A DNA stretch of 64,000 bases from Candidatus Geocrenenecus arthurdayi. Its GTDB lineage: Archaea > Thermoproteota > Nitrososphaeria_A > Caldarchaeales > Wolframiiraptoraceae. Where the stretch lies: positions 2,680 through 66,679 of the forward strand of contig JAKCEX010000002.1 of assembly GCA_023539395.1 (NCBI GenBank). Reading direction: 5' to 3'. Under the pieces are notes generated by a model. It had not been told where the DNA came from, ran no database searches, and worked only from the letters and a program-made list of their open reading frames with translations. Positions 10,286-20,662 of the stretch are shown piece by piece (position 1 is the stretch's first letter; each line of letters starts with the position of its first letter). Made by a program: the position numbers and the translations under genes.

Positions 10286-10373
10286 GGGCCCGTAGCCTAG
10301 AATGGATATGGCGCCGGCCTTCGGAAGTATTGGAGAAAGCCGGAGGTCGAGGGTTCAAGTCCCTCCGGGCCCG
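10286..10373 (+). tRNA. tRNA-Arg (anticodon UCG) with a 13-nt intron after position 37
   Basis: Hand-folded cloverleaf. Acceptor GGGCCCG/CGGGCCC, D arm GCCT..TGGC with GG in the loop, anticodon stem CCGGC/GCCGG, loop CUUCGGA, variable loop AGGTC, T arm GAGGG-TTCAAGT-CCCTC, discriminator G. There are 20 nt between the anticodon-stem strands, implying an intron at about 10325-10337. No CCA is encoded. Confidence 0.85.
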
Positions 10374-10595
10374 ATTATGAATTACCGTGTGTCAACATTC
10401 TTAGATAAATCTACATCTCATAAGTGATAGTGTTTTACATCATCATGTATTCAAGGGATTTTCCTAGTAATCTTTAGTACCGGTTCTCTATTAAGTATTG
10501 TCTCTAGGATTTTACAGGATTATTCGTAGTATTATTTTTATTGTTTTCGAGATACAACATTTATCTATTGACTATTCCATAGGTAAATCCTGGTC

Positions 10596-11330
10596 ATGGT
10601 TACTGCTAGGAGTACTGGAAGAGAATTATTTCAAATTAACAATGGTGTTAGCCATATAGTAGTTGATTTACTTAAAGTTCTTAAAGATAGGTATAATTAT
10701 AAGAAGCTTTCAAACTTAACGGGTATCCCTATCTCTACATTAACAAGATACTTAACCGGGAAAACTATCCCAAAAGGTAGTAAAGCTAGGCGGCTTCTCA
10801 AAAATCTCGTCTTGAATCTGAATCTTTCATCTCTTATATCCCAGTTAATTAGAGATGGTGATTCAATCGATCTATTCAAGGTAATGTTTAATCCAAATAT
10901 GATTAAGATTATAGGAGCACATGTTATAAACGAGTATGTAGGAATGAAGATTACTTCTTTCATGGCTTTAGACTTATTAAGTATTCCATTAACAGCTTAT
11001 CTATCCACTGTTACATCACGCCACTTCTATATAGTTGCTAGAGAACCATTACCCGTAGATAACCAAGAACTCTTCACTATATTCTTAAATGATTCTAGGA
11101 GCATCTGGCCAACATGCTACTGGGTTTATTTCAATCAAGCTAGGAAGAAAGAAAGTATATTGATGGTCTCTGCAAAAACCCCAGAGTATGAATTCTTCAA
11201 TAAGCTTATCGAAGTACTTGAGAAGAAGAATGTTGAGATAGCTGGTTTATTCTCACTGATAGGAAGTGAGGAGGAATTCTCAATGCTAAGCTTAAAACCT
11301 GGATGTAAGAGATACTGTATCTTATCATGA
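10596..11330 (+). CDS. HTH-domain protein with a degenerate phosphoribosyltransferase-like C-terminal domain (putative regulator)
   Basis: KKLSNLTGIPISTLTRYLTGKTIP reads as a helix-turn-helix. The C-terminal part has a PRTase-like strand/helix pattern but no acidic PRPP loop. Confidence 0.4.
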   Translation: MVTARSTGRELFQINNGVSHIVVDLLKVLKDRYNYKKLSNLTGIPISTLTRYLTGKTIPKGSKARRLLKNLVLNLNLSSLISQLIRDGDSIDLFKVMFNPNMIKIIGAHVINEYVGMKITSFMALDLLSIPLTAYLSTVTSRHFYIVAREPLPVDNQELFTIFLNDSRSIWPTCYWVYFNQARKKESILMVSAKTPEYEFFNKLIEVLEKKNVEIAGLFSLIGSEEEFSMLSLKPGCKRYCILS

Positions 11331-11337
11331 TAGAAGA

Positions 11338-11676
11338 TTAACCATACTCTCTCCAAGTGTGGTTACACTTAGTACATCTAAAGAATAATGTCATGGGCTC
11401 ATCTGCAGCCCTCGTCTGTATAGACCACCAATAGGCTTCTCTATTCCCGCATCGGGGGCATACGACATCACTAGTTGTTGGAAGGACTTTTTCTTCCTCA
11501 CTCTCTATCATGACTAAATTAGGTCTAGAACGCTTCTTTACAAGATTTGTTACTATGACTTCTTCTGCTCTCTTCTCGTATCCACACTTTGGACATACCA
11601 GTGTAGAATTACTCGACTTCTTCTTCAAAACCATGACTTTCCCACACTTAGGGCAGAACTCCATGGACTCCTCCAC
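11338..11676 (-). CDS. tfs: Transcription factor S (TFIIS-like cleavage factor / RpoM family)
   Basis: N-terminal ribbon CPKCG...CPKCG. C-terminal TFIIS ribbon CPRCG...QTRAADEPMTLFFRCTKCNHTW carries the acidic DE loop. Confidence 0.88.
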   Translation of the reverse strand: MEESMEFCPKCGKVMVLKKKSSNSTLVCPKCGYEKRAEEVIVTNLVKKRSRPNLVMIESEEEKVLPTTSDVVCPRCGNREAYWWSIQTRAADEPMTLFFRCTKCNHTWREYG

Positions 11677-11827
11677 TAAACTATAGCTGTATCTACTTGT
11701 TAATTAATCTTCAGCAAGATTAACGATAGATCTCATGGATAAATTTGTTTTCTCTATTCTCTGCTCGTAATACTAGAATACTAGACAGGTATCTTAGAAC
11801 CGTTTTGTAATCGTCTTGATAATTATT

Positions 11828-12565
11828 TTATGTTCTTAGATTTAGTATCTGGAGTAACGTTCTAAAGAATGTATATGATATGTCTCCCAGGAAGATATAG
11901 TATAGGAAGCCAGCTGTGATGAATATTATGAGGGGTATGCCTGGTGTAGCCCATACATCGTCTCTATCTATCTCTGAAAGCTCTAGGGAGAATAATCCAA
12001 ACTTGAATCTCCTAGTATGGTCTGCCTCTTCCATTAAGAACCAGAATCTCCTATTCCTAGCATTCTTTAATCTTACACCAAACATTAATGCGAGGAGCTT
12101 CCTTATAGTAGATTCATGGTGGAATCCTTCAAATATATCTCTCTTCTTGATTAATTGTGTTAAGTTGTATATGAGGATAGTGAGGGGGAGTATGAGGGAG
12201 AATATTAAACCGTTCGTTAAGGTTGCTAAGCCTGTGAATGGGTGGAGGCTTCTATCTGTCTGGTGTAATGGTAGTCCTAGAGACACTATAAGGATAGCTT
12301 TAGCATCAGCTCCACCATACAATCCTAGGAAATAGAACCCGAATGCTAAGCTACTTGAAAACCCAATAGAGAGTATAGATAGGAGTAGCTTATCCATAGA
12401 CCATCTATGGGCTAGATCAAATACTGTTAGAATAGTAGCTAGTACGCCTGAGATTATCCAAGCTTTATCATCTACTTCACGGTACTTCCAGTCGAGGTAC
12501 GATGTATAGAGTAGGGTTGCGGAGACCAAGCCTATCCTAGTAATTAGGAGGGATTCTTGAAGCAT
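11828..12565 (-). CDS. Type IV prepilin/preflagellin peptidase (A24 family, PibD-like)
   Basis: Polytopic membrane protein with the two catalytic Asp contexts YREVDDKAW and LYGGADAKAIL. Confidence 0.75.
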   Translation of the reverse strand: MLQESLLITRIGLVSATLLYTSYLDWKYREVDDKAWIISGVLATILTVFDLAHRWSMDKLLLSILSIGFSSSLAFGFYFLGLYGGADAKAILIVSLGLPLHQTDRSLHPFTGLATLTNGLIFSLILPLTILIYNLTQLIKKRDIFEGFHHESTIRKLLALMFGVRLKNARNRRFWFLMEEADHTRRFKFGLFSLELSEIDRDDVWATPGIPLIIFITAGFLYYIFLGDISYTFFRTLLQILNLRT

Positions 12566-12567
12566 AT

Positions 12568-13485
12568 TTATTCAACCACTACATCAAAGGTTTTCATTAC
12601 TTTAGGGATAAACTCTATAACGTCTGTCGCAGTTATATGTAATCCATAGATTGATGTAGCTTCTTCACCTGCTCTCCCATTAATCCATGCGCCGGCAGCC
12701 GCTGCCTCAAAGGGTTCTGCACCCTTAGCTAATAGAGCAGCTACAACTCCTGTTAGTACATCTCCTGTTCCCCCGGTTGTCATAGCGGGAGTACCAGTCT
12801 TGTTTATAGCTGTCTTCTCACCATCAGAGATTATATCTATCATTCCTTTTAGAAGTATAGTTACTTTAGATTCTGAAGCTTTCTCTCTAACTTTATCTAT
12901 TCTCTCACTTAGTTCTCCACTTAATTCTTCTCCGAAGACTCTCTTAAATTCTCCTGCATGAGGGGTCATAACTACTTTTCTTCCAAGGATTCTTGGAAGT
13001 ACTCCAGGGTATAGTGCAGTAGCATCTAGGACAAGCTTCTTATTTAGAGCTAAAGCTTCCCCTATAACGAATTCTATTCCTTTCTCACTTCCTTCAGCGA
13101 GACCAGGCCCAATCACGACTGAATCTACTGATGGTAGAATCTTTAATATTCTTCTTGATGCACCTCTAGTAAGCTTTATGTCTGTTAGAGGTATTACTAT
13201 AACGTTGGGTGAGAGAGCTCTAATAGATAATGCAGTCTTCTCGGGTGCAGCTATATAGGCTAGGTCTACACCTGCTCTTAGAGCAGCCATAGCTGATAGG
13301 AATGGTGCTCCATGATACATCCAGCTACCTCCTACCACAAGTACCACGCCATTCTGACCTTTATGAGATGATGCTTTCCTCGGTTTTACAGCTTTCCTAA
13401 CAATCTCCTCGTTAACTTCTATAAAATGCATCATGAATGAATTATTGTGCCTCAATATATAAGTAAAGCCTTGGTCTAGAAGCAT
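12568..13485 (-). CDS. ADP-dependent NAD(P)H-hydrate dehydratase (YjeF C-terminal / carbohydrate kinase family)
   Basis: HKGQNGVVLVVGGS...GAP, MTPHAGEF and the GGTGDVLTG motif. The true start is probably an internal Met (MMHFIEVN...). Confidence 0.85.
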   Translation of the reverse strand: MLLDQGFTYILRHNNSFMMHFIEVNEEIVRKAVKPRKASSHKGQNGVVLVVGGSWMYHGAPFLSAMAALRAGVDLAYIAAPEKTALSIRALSPNVIVIPLTDIKLTRGASRRILKILPSVDSVVIGPGLAEGSEKGIEFVIGEALALNKKLVLDATALYPGVLPRILGRKVVMTPHAGEFKRVFGEELSGELSERIDKVREKASESKVTILLKGMIDIISDGEKTAINKTGTPAMTTGGTGDVLTGVVAALLAKGAEPFEAAAAGAWINGRAGEEATSIYGLHITATDVIEFIPKVMKTFDVVVE

Positions 13486-13553
13486 CCATCCAACTGTATA
13501 CTTGATGATAGTATATTTTAGAGAATAACAAAAATAAAATGGTGTGGAGGGTT

Positions 13554-13859
13554 TTACTTCTTCTTGCTTGGTGCTGGTGGTGCTAGGATTATCTCTATGG
13601 TGCTGACGTTTCTTGGTCTCCCATCGTTTCCAACTCTTCCTTCCTCGGTTCCAATCTTAACGTTTTCTACTTGTGCATCGTGGATGAATCTTCTTCTAAC
13701 GACTTCAACTACGTCTACAGCTTTACTTATTGCTCTTCCACGTGCTTTTAGTACTACTTTTCTTCCTTCGGTTAATGGTAGAGTCGTTGCAAGAACGTAG
13801 TTCATCGTTGGCTTCCTACCAACCAAGATTATGGCTTCACCGGATGGTCCTACGCTCAT
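13554..13859 (-). CDS. albA: Chromatin protein Alba (Sso10b family)
   Basis: A 101-aa protein, ...ILVGRKPTMNYVLA...VLKARGRAISKAVDVVEVVRRRF..., with a basic C-terminal tail. Confidence 0.92.
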   Translation of the reverse strand: MSVGPSGEAIILVGRKPTMNYVLATTLPLTEGRKVVLKARGRAISKAVDVVEVVRRRFIHDAQVENVKIGTEEGRVGNDGRPRNVSTIEIILAPPAPSKKK

Positions 13860-14009
13860 CTAAATCCCCTCAATTATACGGAGATTCAAAGGTTAAGGTT
13901 CCTAAAAACTTTTACATTAAAGATATTGGCTTATATTGGGTGGAGGGGTTAAAGGATAATAGGTATCTTTATTACCTATTATGGGGGTCTCATATTTTCT
14001 ATTGATATT

Positions 14010-14387
14010 TTAATTTTTCATAGAGTATGGCTTACCTTCTAGTAGTATTTTCTCTGGTATTCTTGTTCTCCATTTTGCTAGGAACTGGGTGTCTTCGTTC
14101 TTGTTTCTAAGTTCATCTGGTAGCATTCTAGGTATTTCTTCTTCTATTGGATACCATCTTCCACAGTTGCTGCATATTATTATTCCATCTCTTATCTCGA
14201 TGCTGTAGCATTTTAAGCATTCTGTAGATACATTGCTTGAGAGTTCTATGTTATGGTAGGCACAGTATAGCTCGCATCTATTAATCTTCTGGGGAGGCTG
14301 GATCTCCGACTCCCTGAATACTTTTAGCTCAAGCGGGAACTTCTTACATATTGGGCATGCGAGGAGGTCCATCAGCCTGTACTTCAT
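14010..14387 (-). CDS. Trm112-like zinc-ribbon protein with a Cys-rich insertion
   Basis: N-terminus LLACPICKKFPLEL and C-terminus CSNCGRWYPIEEEIPRMLP match the Trm112/UPF0434 pattern. Four extra Cys sit in the insert. Confidence 0.6.
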   Translation of the reverse strand: MKYRLMDLLACPICKKFPLELKVFRESEIQPPQKINRCELYCAYHNIELSSNVSTECLKCYSIEIRDGIIICSNCGRWYPIEEEIPRMLPDELRNKNEDTQFLAKWRTRIPEKILLEGKPYSMKN

Positions 14388-14471
14388 GTCTCTTCTTCGA
14401 TTGTTGTCATGTTCTAAATCTTTAATTAAGTTTTCTAATGTTATGGTTTTTATTCTTGATGATTTTAGTTT

Positions 14472-15338
14472 ATGGTTGAGTTGGAGGCTGCGAGGGTAAG
14501 TAATTTTTTGAATTATGTTCCTGTATTGCTTACTGTGTGCTTGACATGGTTTTTCTCATATATTGTTCTTTCTCTTAATGTTAAGCTTGATAGACCATTC
14601 ATCACACCTCTTGAAGAGCCTGAGCCTACCGCGCCTCCTTCTGAAGCTTTGGTAAACCCTGCACCATACCTTAACACCTTAATAGTAATACTTGTTATAA
14701 CTGTTGCTGGAGTAGTCTTACTCTATATGGCTAGGAGGATGCCTAGAGTATTCAAGAGCTTGATAACTTCTTTGATATGGATTGTATCCTTCGGTATATC
14801 AATGCTATACCTATTCCTAGGGATGATACTAATCAATACATATATATCTGAAACATTATTCATATACTCAGCTATCCTCGCATCAGTAATCACATACTTT
14901 ACAGTGAAAGGTGGAGAGCTTAAATCATCTATTTCTTCATCATATATTGCATCGGGTGCAGGAAGCATACTAGGTGTAAGCATACCATACTGGACATTCC
15001 TAATACTCATTATAGGTATCTCGATATACGATATAATCGCTGTCTTTAAGGGGCATCTATCATCTATAAGCAAGTCTGATGCACCACTACTAAGAGGGTT
15101 AGTAGTAGAGATAGGTGATGTAGCACTAGGGCTTGGAGACCTCTTCTTCTACTCTCTCACAATCTCAGCAATACTATTCAATTATAGTATAACTCCAGCA
15201 ATAACAGCATCAACTTCAATCATAATAGGGTATATGATAATCATCTATACGTTAAACAAGAGAAAACAACTACCAGGACTACCAATACCACTACTCCTAG
15301 CATTAGCAACAGCACTAATAATCTACTACATGCTTTAA
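14472..15338 (+). CDS. Presenilin/signal-peptide-peptidase-like intramembrane aspartyl protease (A22 family)
   Basis: About 9 TM segments with the YD motif (ISIYDIIAVF), the GLGD motif (ALGLGDLFFYS) and a PAL-like LPGLPIPLL near the C-terminus. Confidence 0.7.
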   Translation: MVELEAARVSNFLNYVPVLLTVCLTWFFSYIVLSLNVKLDRPFITPLEEPEPTAPPSEALVNPAPYLNTLIVILVITVAGVVLLYMARRMPRVFKSLITSLIWIVSFGISMLYLFLGMILINTYISETLFIYSAILASVITYFTVKGGELKSSISSSYIASGAGSILGVSIPYWTFLILIIGISIYDIIAVFKGHLSSISKSDAPLLRGLVVEIGDVALGLGDLFFYSLTISAILFNYSITPAITASTSIIIGYMIIIYTLNKRKQLPGLPIPLLLALATALIIYYML

Positions 15339-15460
15339 AGATGCTTGCATACTCATATAAAATTAGGTTTTGAAGAGATTCACCATAGGATAATAGCCTG
15401 AACTCTATACTAGCATCTGTGTTTACATAAACTTTATTTATAAGTCTTCTTTTATATCTT

Positions 15461-18055
15461 TTGATGAACGTGAAAAACATGTTCTTCTTCGCGGGAGTAA
15501 TATTAGCATTGATGCTGCTTCTATCGCCATTAGCTGTATATGCAGAGTATACCCCGCCACATACAAAGCCTGGTCCAGCAGCGGAAACTTTAATCTATAA
15601 ATCTGTTGCTGTTGATGTTGCTCCAGCAGCTCTAGAAGCAGGAGAAATTGATGCATATCTTTTTGGTTTACGTTCTGCTGTTGCTGCAGAATTAATAGGG
15701 AAGCCTGGAATAAAATTGATGAGCGCCCCATCTGGATTATATAGTATTATATTAAATCCCGCTCCAGCTCCTACTGGACAGCTGAACCCACTATCGATTC
15801 CCGAAGTAAGAATTGCACTCCAATATATTGTGAACAGAGACTATATAACTAAAGAGATATTCAGGGGATTTGCTGCTCCAATGGTTACATTCCTAAGCGC
15901 ATACGACCCAGACTACATAACTATATTCGATATAGTTAAGAAGTATGACTTTAGATATGATCCAGAGTATGCAAAGAAGCTGGTTACAGAAGCGATGACA
16001 AAAGCTGGTGCAGTAATGAGGGAAGGTAAATGGTTTTATGGAGACCAACCGGTCAAGCTAAAATTTATAATTAGGATTGAAGATGAGAGAAGACAGATAG
16101 GAGACTCGATAGCTACAGACTTAGAGAGGTTAGGTTTTGAAGTTGAAAGACTCTATCATCCATTTGGGGTAGCAATACAAAAAGTATACCTAACAGATCC
16201 CAAAGACTTTGAGTGGCATCTATATACAGAAGGTTGGGGTAAGGGTGCACCCGAAAAATATGACTCTTCTACGATAAATCAAATGTGCGCGCCATGGTTT
16301 GGGTACATGCCTGGGTGGCAGGACCCTGCATACTGGAACTACGTTAACGATGAGATAGATGATCTAGGAAAGAAGATATCTTTAAGTGAGTTCCAAGATC
16401 TTGAAACAAGAAATAAATTGTATAGAAAAGCAACCGAGCTATGTATCCATGATTCTATAAGACTTTGGGTTGCTACGCGTCTTGATGCTTACATGCTCAA
16501 TCCAAACATTAAAGGCGTAACAAATGATGTTGGAACAGGTCTTAGGGGAACGTGGAATATGAGAGAAGCATGGATTCCAGGTAAAGATACATTAGTATTT
16601 GGACACTTATGGGTCTGGACTGAGACAACAACATGGAACTGGATTGGAGGATTCCAGGACGTTTATAGTGTGGATGTGAGAAAAGCAACTTATGACTCAC
16701 CAGTCTATAGACATCCATTTACAGGTCTACCTATGCCATTCAGAGCAAGTTATAAAGTTGAAACAGCTGGACCATTCGGTAAACTAACAGTACCCGAGGG
16801 AACATATACTTGGGATGCTAAGGAGGATAAATGGGTATCTGTAGCAGGTAAAGAAGCCACAAGCAAGATCACGTGGGATCTAAGTAAATACTTTAACTCG
16901 AAATGGCATCATGGTCAGCCGATAACTATTGCTGATGTACTCTTCTTCTTAGCATCACAGATAGAGAATACTTATGATGAAGATAAAGCAGCAATGGAGA
17001 GCGCCATAGCTGAGACTGTAAAAGTAACACTTGATAAATTTGTTGGAATAAGGATAGTTGATGAAAAAACTGTAGAAACATATGTTAATTACTGGCACTT
17101 CGACCCCAACTACATTGCTGAATTCGGCTCCCCACTCGGCGTAGATTACGCAATGTATTACAGCGAGACACCTCCCTGGGAGCTGATGGCCGCTATGAAT
17201 GAACTCGTATTTACTAAGAAGCAGGCAGCATATGGTCAGACGACAGCTGAGAAACTCGGCGTTCCATGGCTCTCAGTCGTTTTAAGAGATCATGCAGAAA
17301 TGGTAAAGAACATACTGGAAGAATTCATACAGAAAGGGTATTTCCCCGAAAACTACTTTAAGCTCGGAGACAAGGTATACGCTACTAAAGACCAAGCATT
17401 AGCTAGGTATCGTGCAGCAGTCTCATGGTTTAACGAGCATGGACATATGCAGATTAGCAATGGACCATATTATCTAAACAAATTTGACTCAGCAGCTCAA
17501 TATGCTGAATTAAAAGCTTTCAGAGACCCAACATACCCGTTCAAGCCGGGAGACTGGTACTATGGAGAACCAGAAATAGTTGAAGTCATAGATGTCAGAG
17601 TAAGTGATGTAACAGCTGGTGATGAAGTAGTCTTTACAGCGGAACTCTCAGGGCCTGGAACACTTGGAGCAAAATACCTCATAGTTAATCCAGCTACGGG
17701 GCAGGTCCTAGGATTCGGTGAAGCAGAAAAGATTTCTCCAACAACCTTCAAGGTTAAACTAACTAAAGGATTTACTTGGGAGATAGGTCCAGGAACGTAT
17801 AACCTAGTCATAGGAGCATACAGCGACCAAGTAGCATTCGTATCAGAAGCTATTGAATCATTTAGCGTATTAAAACGTGAAGTAGCTCCTGCAACTGTAA
17901 CAACAACTGTAACGAAATCCCTCGTAGAGACAACATCAATAGTATCAACGGTAACAACAACGCCACCAGAGGTTATTGGAATATTCGCAGTTATCCTTAT
18001 AATTGCAGTTGCTTTAACAGCTATACTCTCTAGAAGAATGAGGAAACCAACTTAA
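15461..18055 (+). CDS. ABC transporter substrate-binding protein, family 5 (oligo/dipeptide type), membrane anchored
   Basis: Signal peptide, then an ~800-aa SBP_bac_5-like body, then a Thr/Val-rich stalk (TVTTTVTK...TVTTTPPE) and a C-terminal TM helix with a basic tail. It is the first gene of the permease/ATPase operon. Confidence 0.85.
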   Translation: MMNVKNMFFFAGVILALMLLLSPLAVYAEYTPPHTKPGPAAETLIYKSVAVDVAPAALEAGEIDAYLFGLRSAVAAELIGKPGIKLMSAPSGLYSIILNPAPAPTGQLNPLSIPEVRIALQYIVNRDYITKEIFRGFAAPMVTFLSAYDPDYITIFDIVKKYDFRYDPEYAKKLVTEAMTKAGAVMREGKWFYGDQPVKLKFIIRIEDERRQIGDSIATDLERLGFEVERLYHPFGVAIQKVYLTDPKDFEWHLYTEGWGKGAPEKYDSSTINQMCAPWFGYMPGWQDPAYWNYVNDEIDDLGKKISLSEFQDLETRNKLYRKATELCIHDSIRLWVATRLDAYMLNPNIKGVTNDVGTGLRGTWNMREAWIPGKDTLVFGHLWVWTETTTWNWIGGFQDVYSVDVRKATYDSPVYRHPFTGLPMPFRASYKVETAGPFGKLTVPEGTYTWDAKEDKWVSVAGKEATSKITWDLSKYFNSKWHHGQPITIADVLFFLASQIENTYDEDKAAMESAIAETVKVTLDKFVGIRIVDEKTVETYVNYWHFDPNYIAEFGSPLGVDYAMYYSETPPWELMAAMNELVFTKKQAAYGQTTAEKLGVPWLSVVLRDHAEMVKNILEEFIQKGYFPENYFKLGDKVYATKDQALARYRAAVSWFNEHGHMQISNGPYYLNKFDSAAQYAELKAFRDPTYPFKPGDWYYGEPEIVEVIDVRVSDVTAGDEVVFTAELSGPGTLGAKYLIVNPATGQVLGFGEAEKISPTTFKVKLTKGFTWEIGPGTYNLVIGAYSDQVAFVSEAIESFSVLKREVAPATVTTTVTKSLVETTSIVSTVTTTPPEVIGIFAVILIIAVALTAILSRRMRKPT

Positions 18056-18160
18056 CCAGTCGAACATTAACATCAAGACTAGAAAAAGTTTTCCCTTATC
18101 TAAACTTCCTCTTTTTTGTTGAAAATTTATTAAAACGTAATATATTAGGCGATAATCGGG

Positions 18161-19207
18161 ATGGGATTAACTAGAACACTCTCAATAAGAGCCTTAACAC
18201 TAATTACTGTACTCATACTGGTTGTTTTCTTCATAGTAATAATACTTGGTGCAACAGGAACATCCGACAAGATCCTTCAAGCTATGGTTAATGAAGAAGT
18301 AATGATGCTGAGACAGTCTCTAGCGAAAACTATTAAAGACCCCCAGGAGCTTGAAAAAGTCATCGAGATAAGGAAACAGGGGTTGATGGAGTTTTATGGT
18401 CTGACTAAGCCATGGTATGTACGTTTGCCAGATATGGCTTGGAGAGTATTAACTCTCGACCTGGGGAAAGCAAGGACATTGAAAACCTTCGCAGGTGGAA
18501 ATAAAGTTTCAGACATAGTTATGGAGAGGCTTACAAACACAATAATCCTAGTAACCTCGGCTACAGTTATCAGTGCCATAGTAGGCTTAGTTCTAGGCGT
18601 AAGAATAGCTACAAGGGTTGGAGGAATCCTAGACAGGATATCATCATACCTTTCAGCCATCTCGTACGCTATCCCCACATGGTGGATAGGGATAATACTA
18701 ATACTCGTATTTGCTTTTCTTCTCAGACTTTTCCCATTTGGTGGTCTATATAGCACACCTCCGCCCTCAGACTTTTACATGAAGCTTCTGGACATACTAT
18801 GGCATGCAGCCCTTCCAGTAGCAACACTGGTAATAGCATCGGTTGGAGTATGGATATATACTACCAGAACCATAGTATTGAACACTGCTCAAGAAGACTT
18901 CGTAAATGCTGCGAGAGCTAAAGGTCTGCCGGAAGAATTAGTTAGAAGGAGATATATAATGAGGGTTGCAGCACCACCTATCCTTACAAACGTAATCTTA
19001 GGACTTGCAACCTCAATCTCTGGAGCTATTCTAACAGAAACGGTTTTTAATTGGCCTGGGCTCGGTAGGCTCTTCTATGATGCTGTATTAGTAATGGATG
19101 AAGTAGTAGTTATCGCTTTGACATACATATTTACACTGGTCTACGTAGTTGCTAGATTCCTCCTAGAAGTCTTATACGTAATTCTAGACCCCAGGGTGAG
19201 GTACTAG
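18161..19207 (+). CDS. ABC transporter permease (OppB/DppB type)
   Basis: Six TM segments and the EAA-like loop QEDFVNAARAKGLPE...RRYIMR. Confidence 0.88.
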   Translation: MGLTRTLSIRALTLITVLILVVFFIVIILGATGTSDKILQAMVNEEVMMLRQSLAKTIKDPQELEKVIEIRKQGLMEFYGLTKPWYVRLPDMAWRVLTLDLGKARTLKTFAGGNKVSDIVMERLTNTIILVTSATVISAIVGLVLGVRIATRVGGILDRISSYLSAISYAIPTWWIGIILILVFAFLLRLFPFGGLYSTPPPSDFYMKLLDILWHAALPVATLVIASVGVWIYTTRTIVLNTAQEDFVNAARAKGLPEELVRRRYIMRVAAPPILTNVILGLATSISGAILTETVFNWPGLGRLFYDAVLVMDEVVVIALTYIFTLVYVVARFLLEVLYVILDPRVRY

Positions 19208-20643
19208 TGTCAGAAAGGTTTAAGGAAGCACTCCAAGAATTCTGGAGGTTAAACGTCTCAAAAATAGGAGTAGCATTCTTAACAATACTGGTGATCTTGA
19301 GTATATACGTCATCGCAACATACCCGCTTGATTTCGGAGTGAGATACTGGAATAACCCAGTATACTGGGCTGATTATCCTAAATCTGCTCCACCAAGCTG
19401 GATTAACTACTTCTCACATGAAAAGATTCCTGAACATCATGTCTTCTCCTCAGATAAACCATCAAATACATCGGTTACAGAATCAGGGAAACGCTTAATG
19501 TATCTCTTCAAGTTAGATTTCCAAGCAGATAGGACGCCGACTTTCCTTTCACTTAGTATAAAAAATGTAACGTATTACGGAAAACCAGCAATGATCCGAT
19601 TAAATGTTACAAGACCTGATGGAAAAAATATTGAATTGTATAGGTATACTGTCCCAGCCCCATATGGAGATGAATCTCCACCCTATAGAAGATTTTATGA
19701 TCAACCAAAAAGGATCTCACTAACTGGAGACATGTCGGTGGCCAGTACTTTAGCAAGATTCCTACTAAGAGAATATAACGTAACTGTCAAACCAAGTGAA
19801 GTCAACTCTATAGGCCAGCATACGGTAATATTTAGCGTACCGAAAAATAATACTCAATTCAATGTATTAAAAGGAGGCTACGTATTCTACATCATAGTAG
19901 ACACTTATGATCCAAGAGACACAATCGGAGAAGTAAAATTAGTTGTTGGGGGAGACGTTTACGGGTTTATGGGGACGGACTCTCTTGGGAGAGACCTCTC
20001 GGTTGGATTACTTTTCGGCTTCCCCATCGCTTTATTCATAGGCGTAGTAACGTCAACGATAACAACTTTGCTAGGTGCAGGCCTAGGGATTGTAGGTGGA
20101 TATGTTGGAGGAAAACTCGATGAAGTTATACAGAGGACGGCTGATTTTGTTAACAACATCCCATTACTACCTCTACTAATATTCTTGGCATTTATACTCG
20201 GCCAAAATATATGGATAATTGTATTTCTGTTGATAGTATTTGGTTGGCCAACCTTGACGATTATTGTCAGGTCTATGGTGCTCCAGCTAAAGTCAGGTCA
20301 ATTTATAGAAGCAGCTATCGCTATAGGGGCACCTAGATGGTGGATCATGTTTAGACATATATTTCCACAGGTCGCTCCATTCGTTTTCGCTCAACTCATC
20401 TTCTTTACACCGACATTCATACTTCTTGAGGCTGCATTAAGTTTCCTCGGGCTGGGAGATCCAACTATGCCCACTTGGGGTCAGATACTTGAATACGGTT
20501 TTCGAAGTGGAGGAATATACGTAGGGTTATGGTGGTGGATTATACCTCCAGGTCTACTCATAATATGGACAGCTATAACTTTCGTACTTATAGCACTTGG
20601 AATGGAACCTGTAGTAAACCCGAGGTTAAGGAGAATGAAGTAG
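19207..20643 (+). CDS. ABC transporter permease (OppC/DppC type) with a large extracytoplasmic insert after TM1
   Basis: C-terminal core LGTDSLGRDL...IEAAIAIGAPRWWIMFRHIFP. A GTG start overlaps the upstream stop. Confidence 0.85.
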   Translation: MSERFKEALQEFWRLNVSKIGVAFLTILVILSIYVIATYPLDFGVRYWNNPVYWADYPKSAPPSWINYFSHEKIPEHHVFSSDKPSNTSVTESGKRLMYLFKLDFQADRTPTFLSLSIKNVTYYGKPAMIRLNVTRPDGKNIELYRYTVPAPYGDESPPYRRFYDQPKRISLTGDMSVASTLARFLLREYNVTVKPSEVNSIGQHTVIFSVPKNNTQFNVLKGGYVFYIIVDTYDPRDTIGEVKLVVGGDVYGFMGTDSLGRDLSVGLLFGFPIALFIGVVTSTITTLLGAGLGIVGGYVGGKLDEVIQRTADFVNNIPLLPLLIFLAFILGQNIWIIVFLLIVFGWPTLTIIVRSMVLQLKSGQFIEAAIAIGAPRWWIMFRHIFPQVAPFVFAQLIFFTPTFILLEAALSFLGLGDPTMPTWGQILEYGFRSGGIYVGLWWWIIPPGLLIIWTAITFVLIALGMEPVVNPRLRRMK

Positions 20644-20662
20644 CTGAGAGGTATGAAAACCT

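Noticed and set aside
10374-11330. An integrated element downstream of tRNA-Arg. tRNA genes are common archaeal integration sites, and an HTH gene follows.
   Set aside because: There is no integrase and no visible duplicate of the tRNA 3' half. The following genes (TFS, prepilin peptidase, Alba) are core housekeeping genes.
13495-13553. TGATGA-containing spacers as C/D box sRNA genes. Others are at 10441-10449 on the minus strand, 14455-14462 and 31149-31156.
   Set aside because: None has a matching CUGA D box, internal D'/C' boxes at the expected 12-nt guide spacing, or terminal complementary ends.
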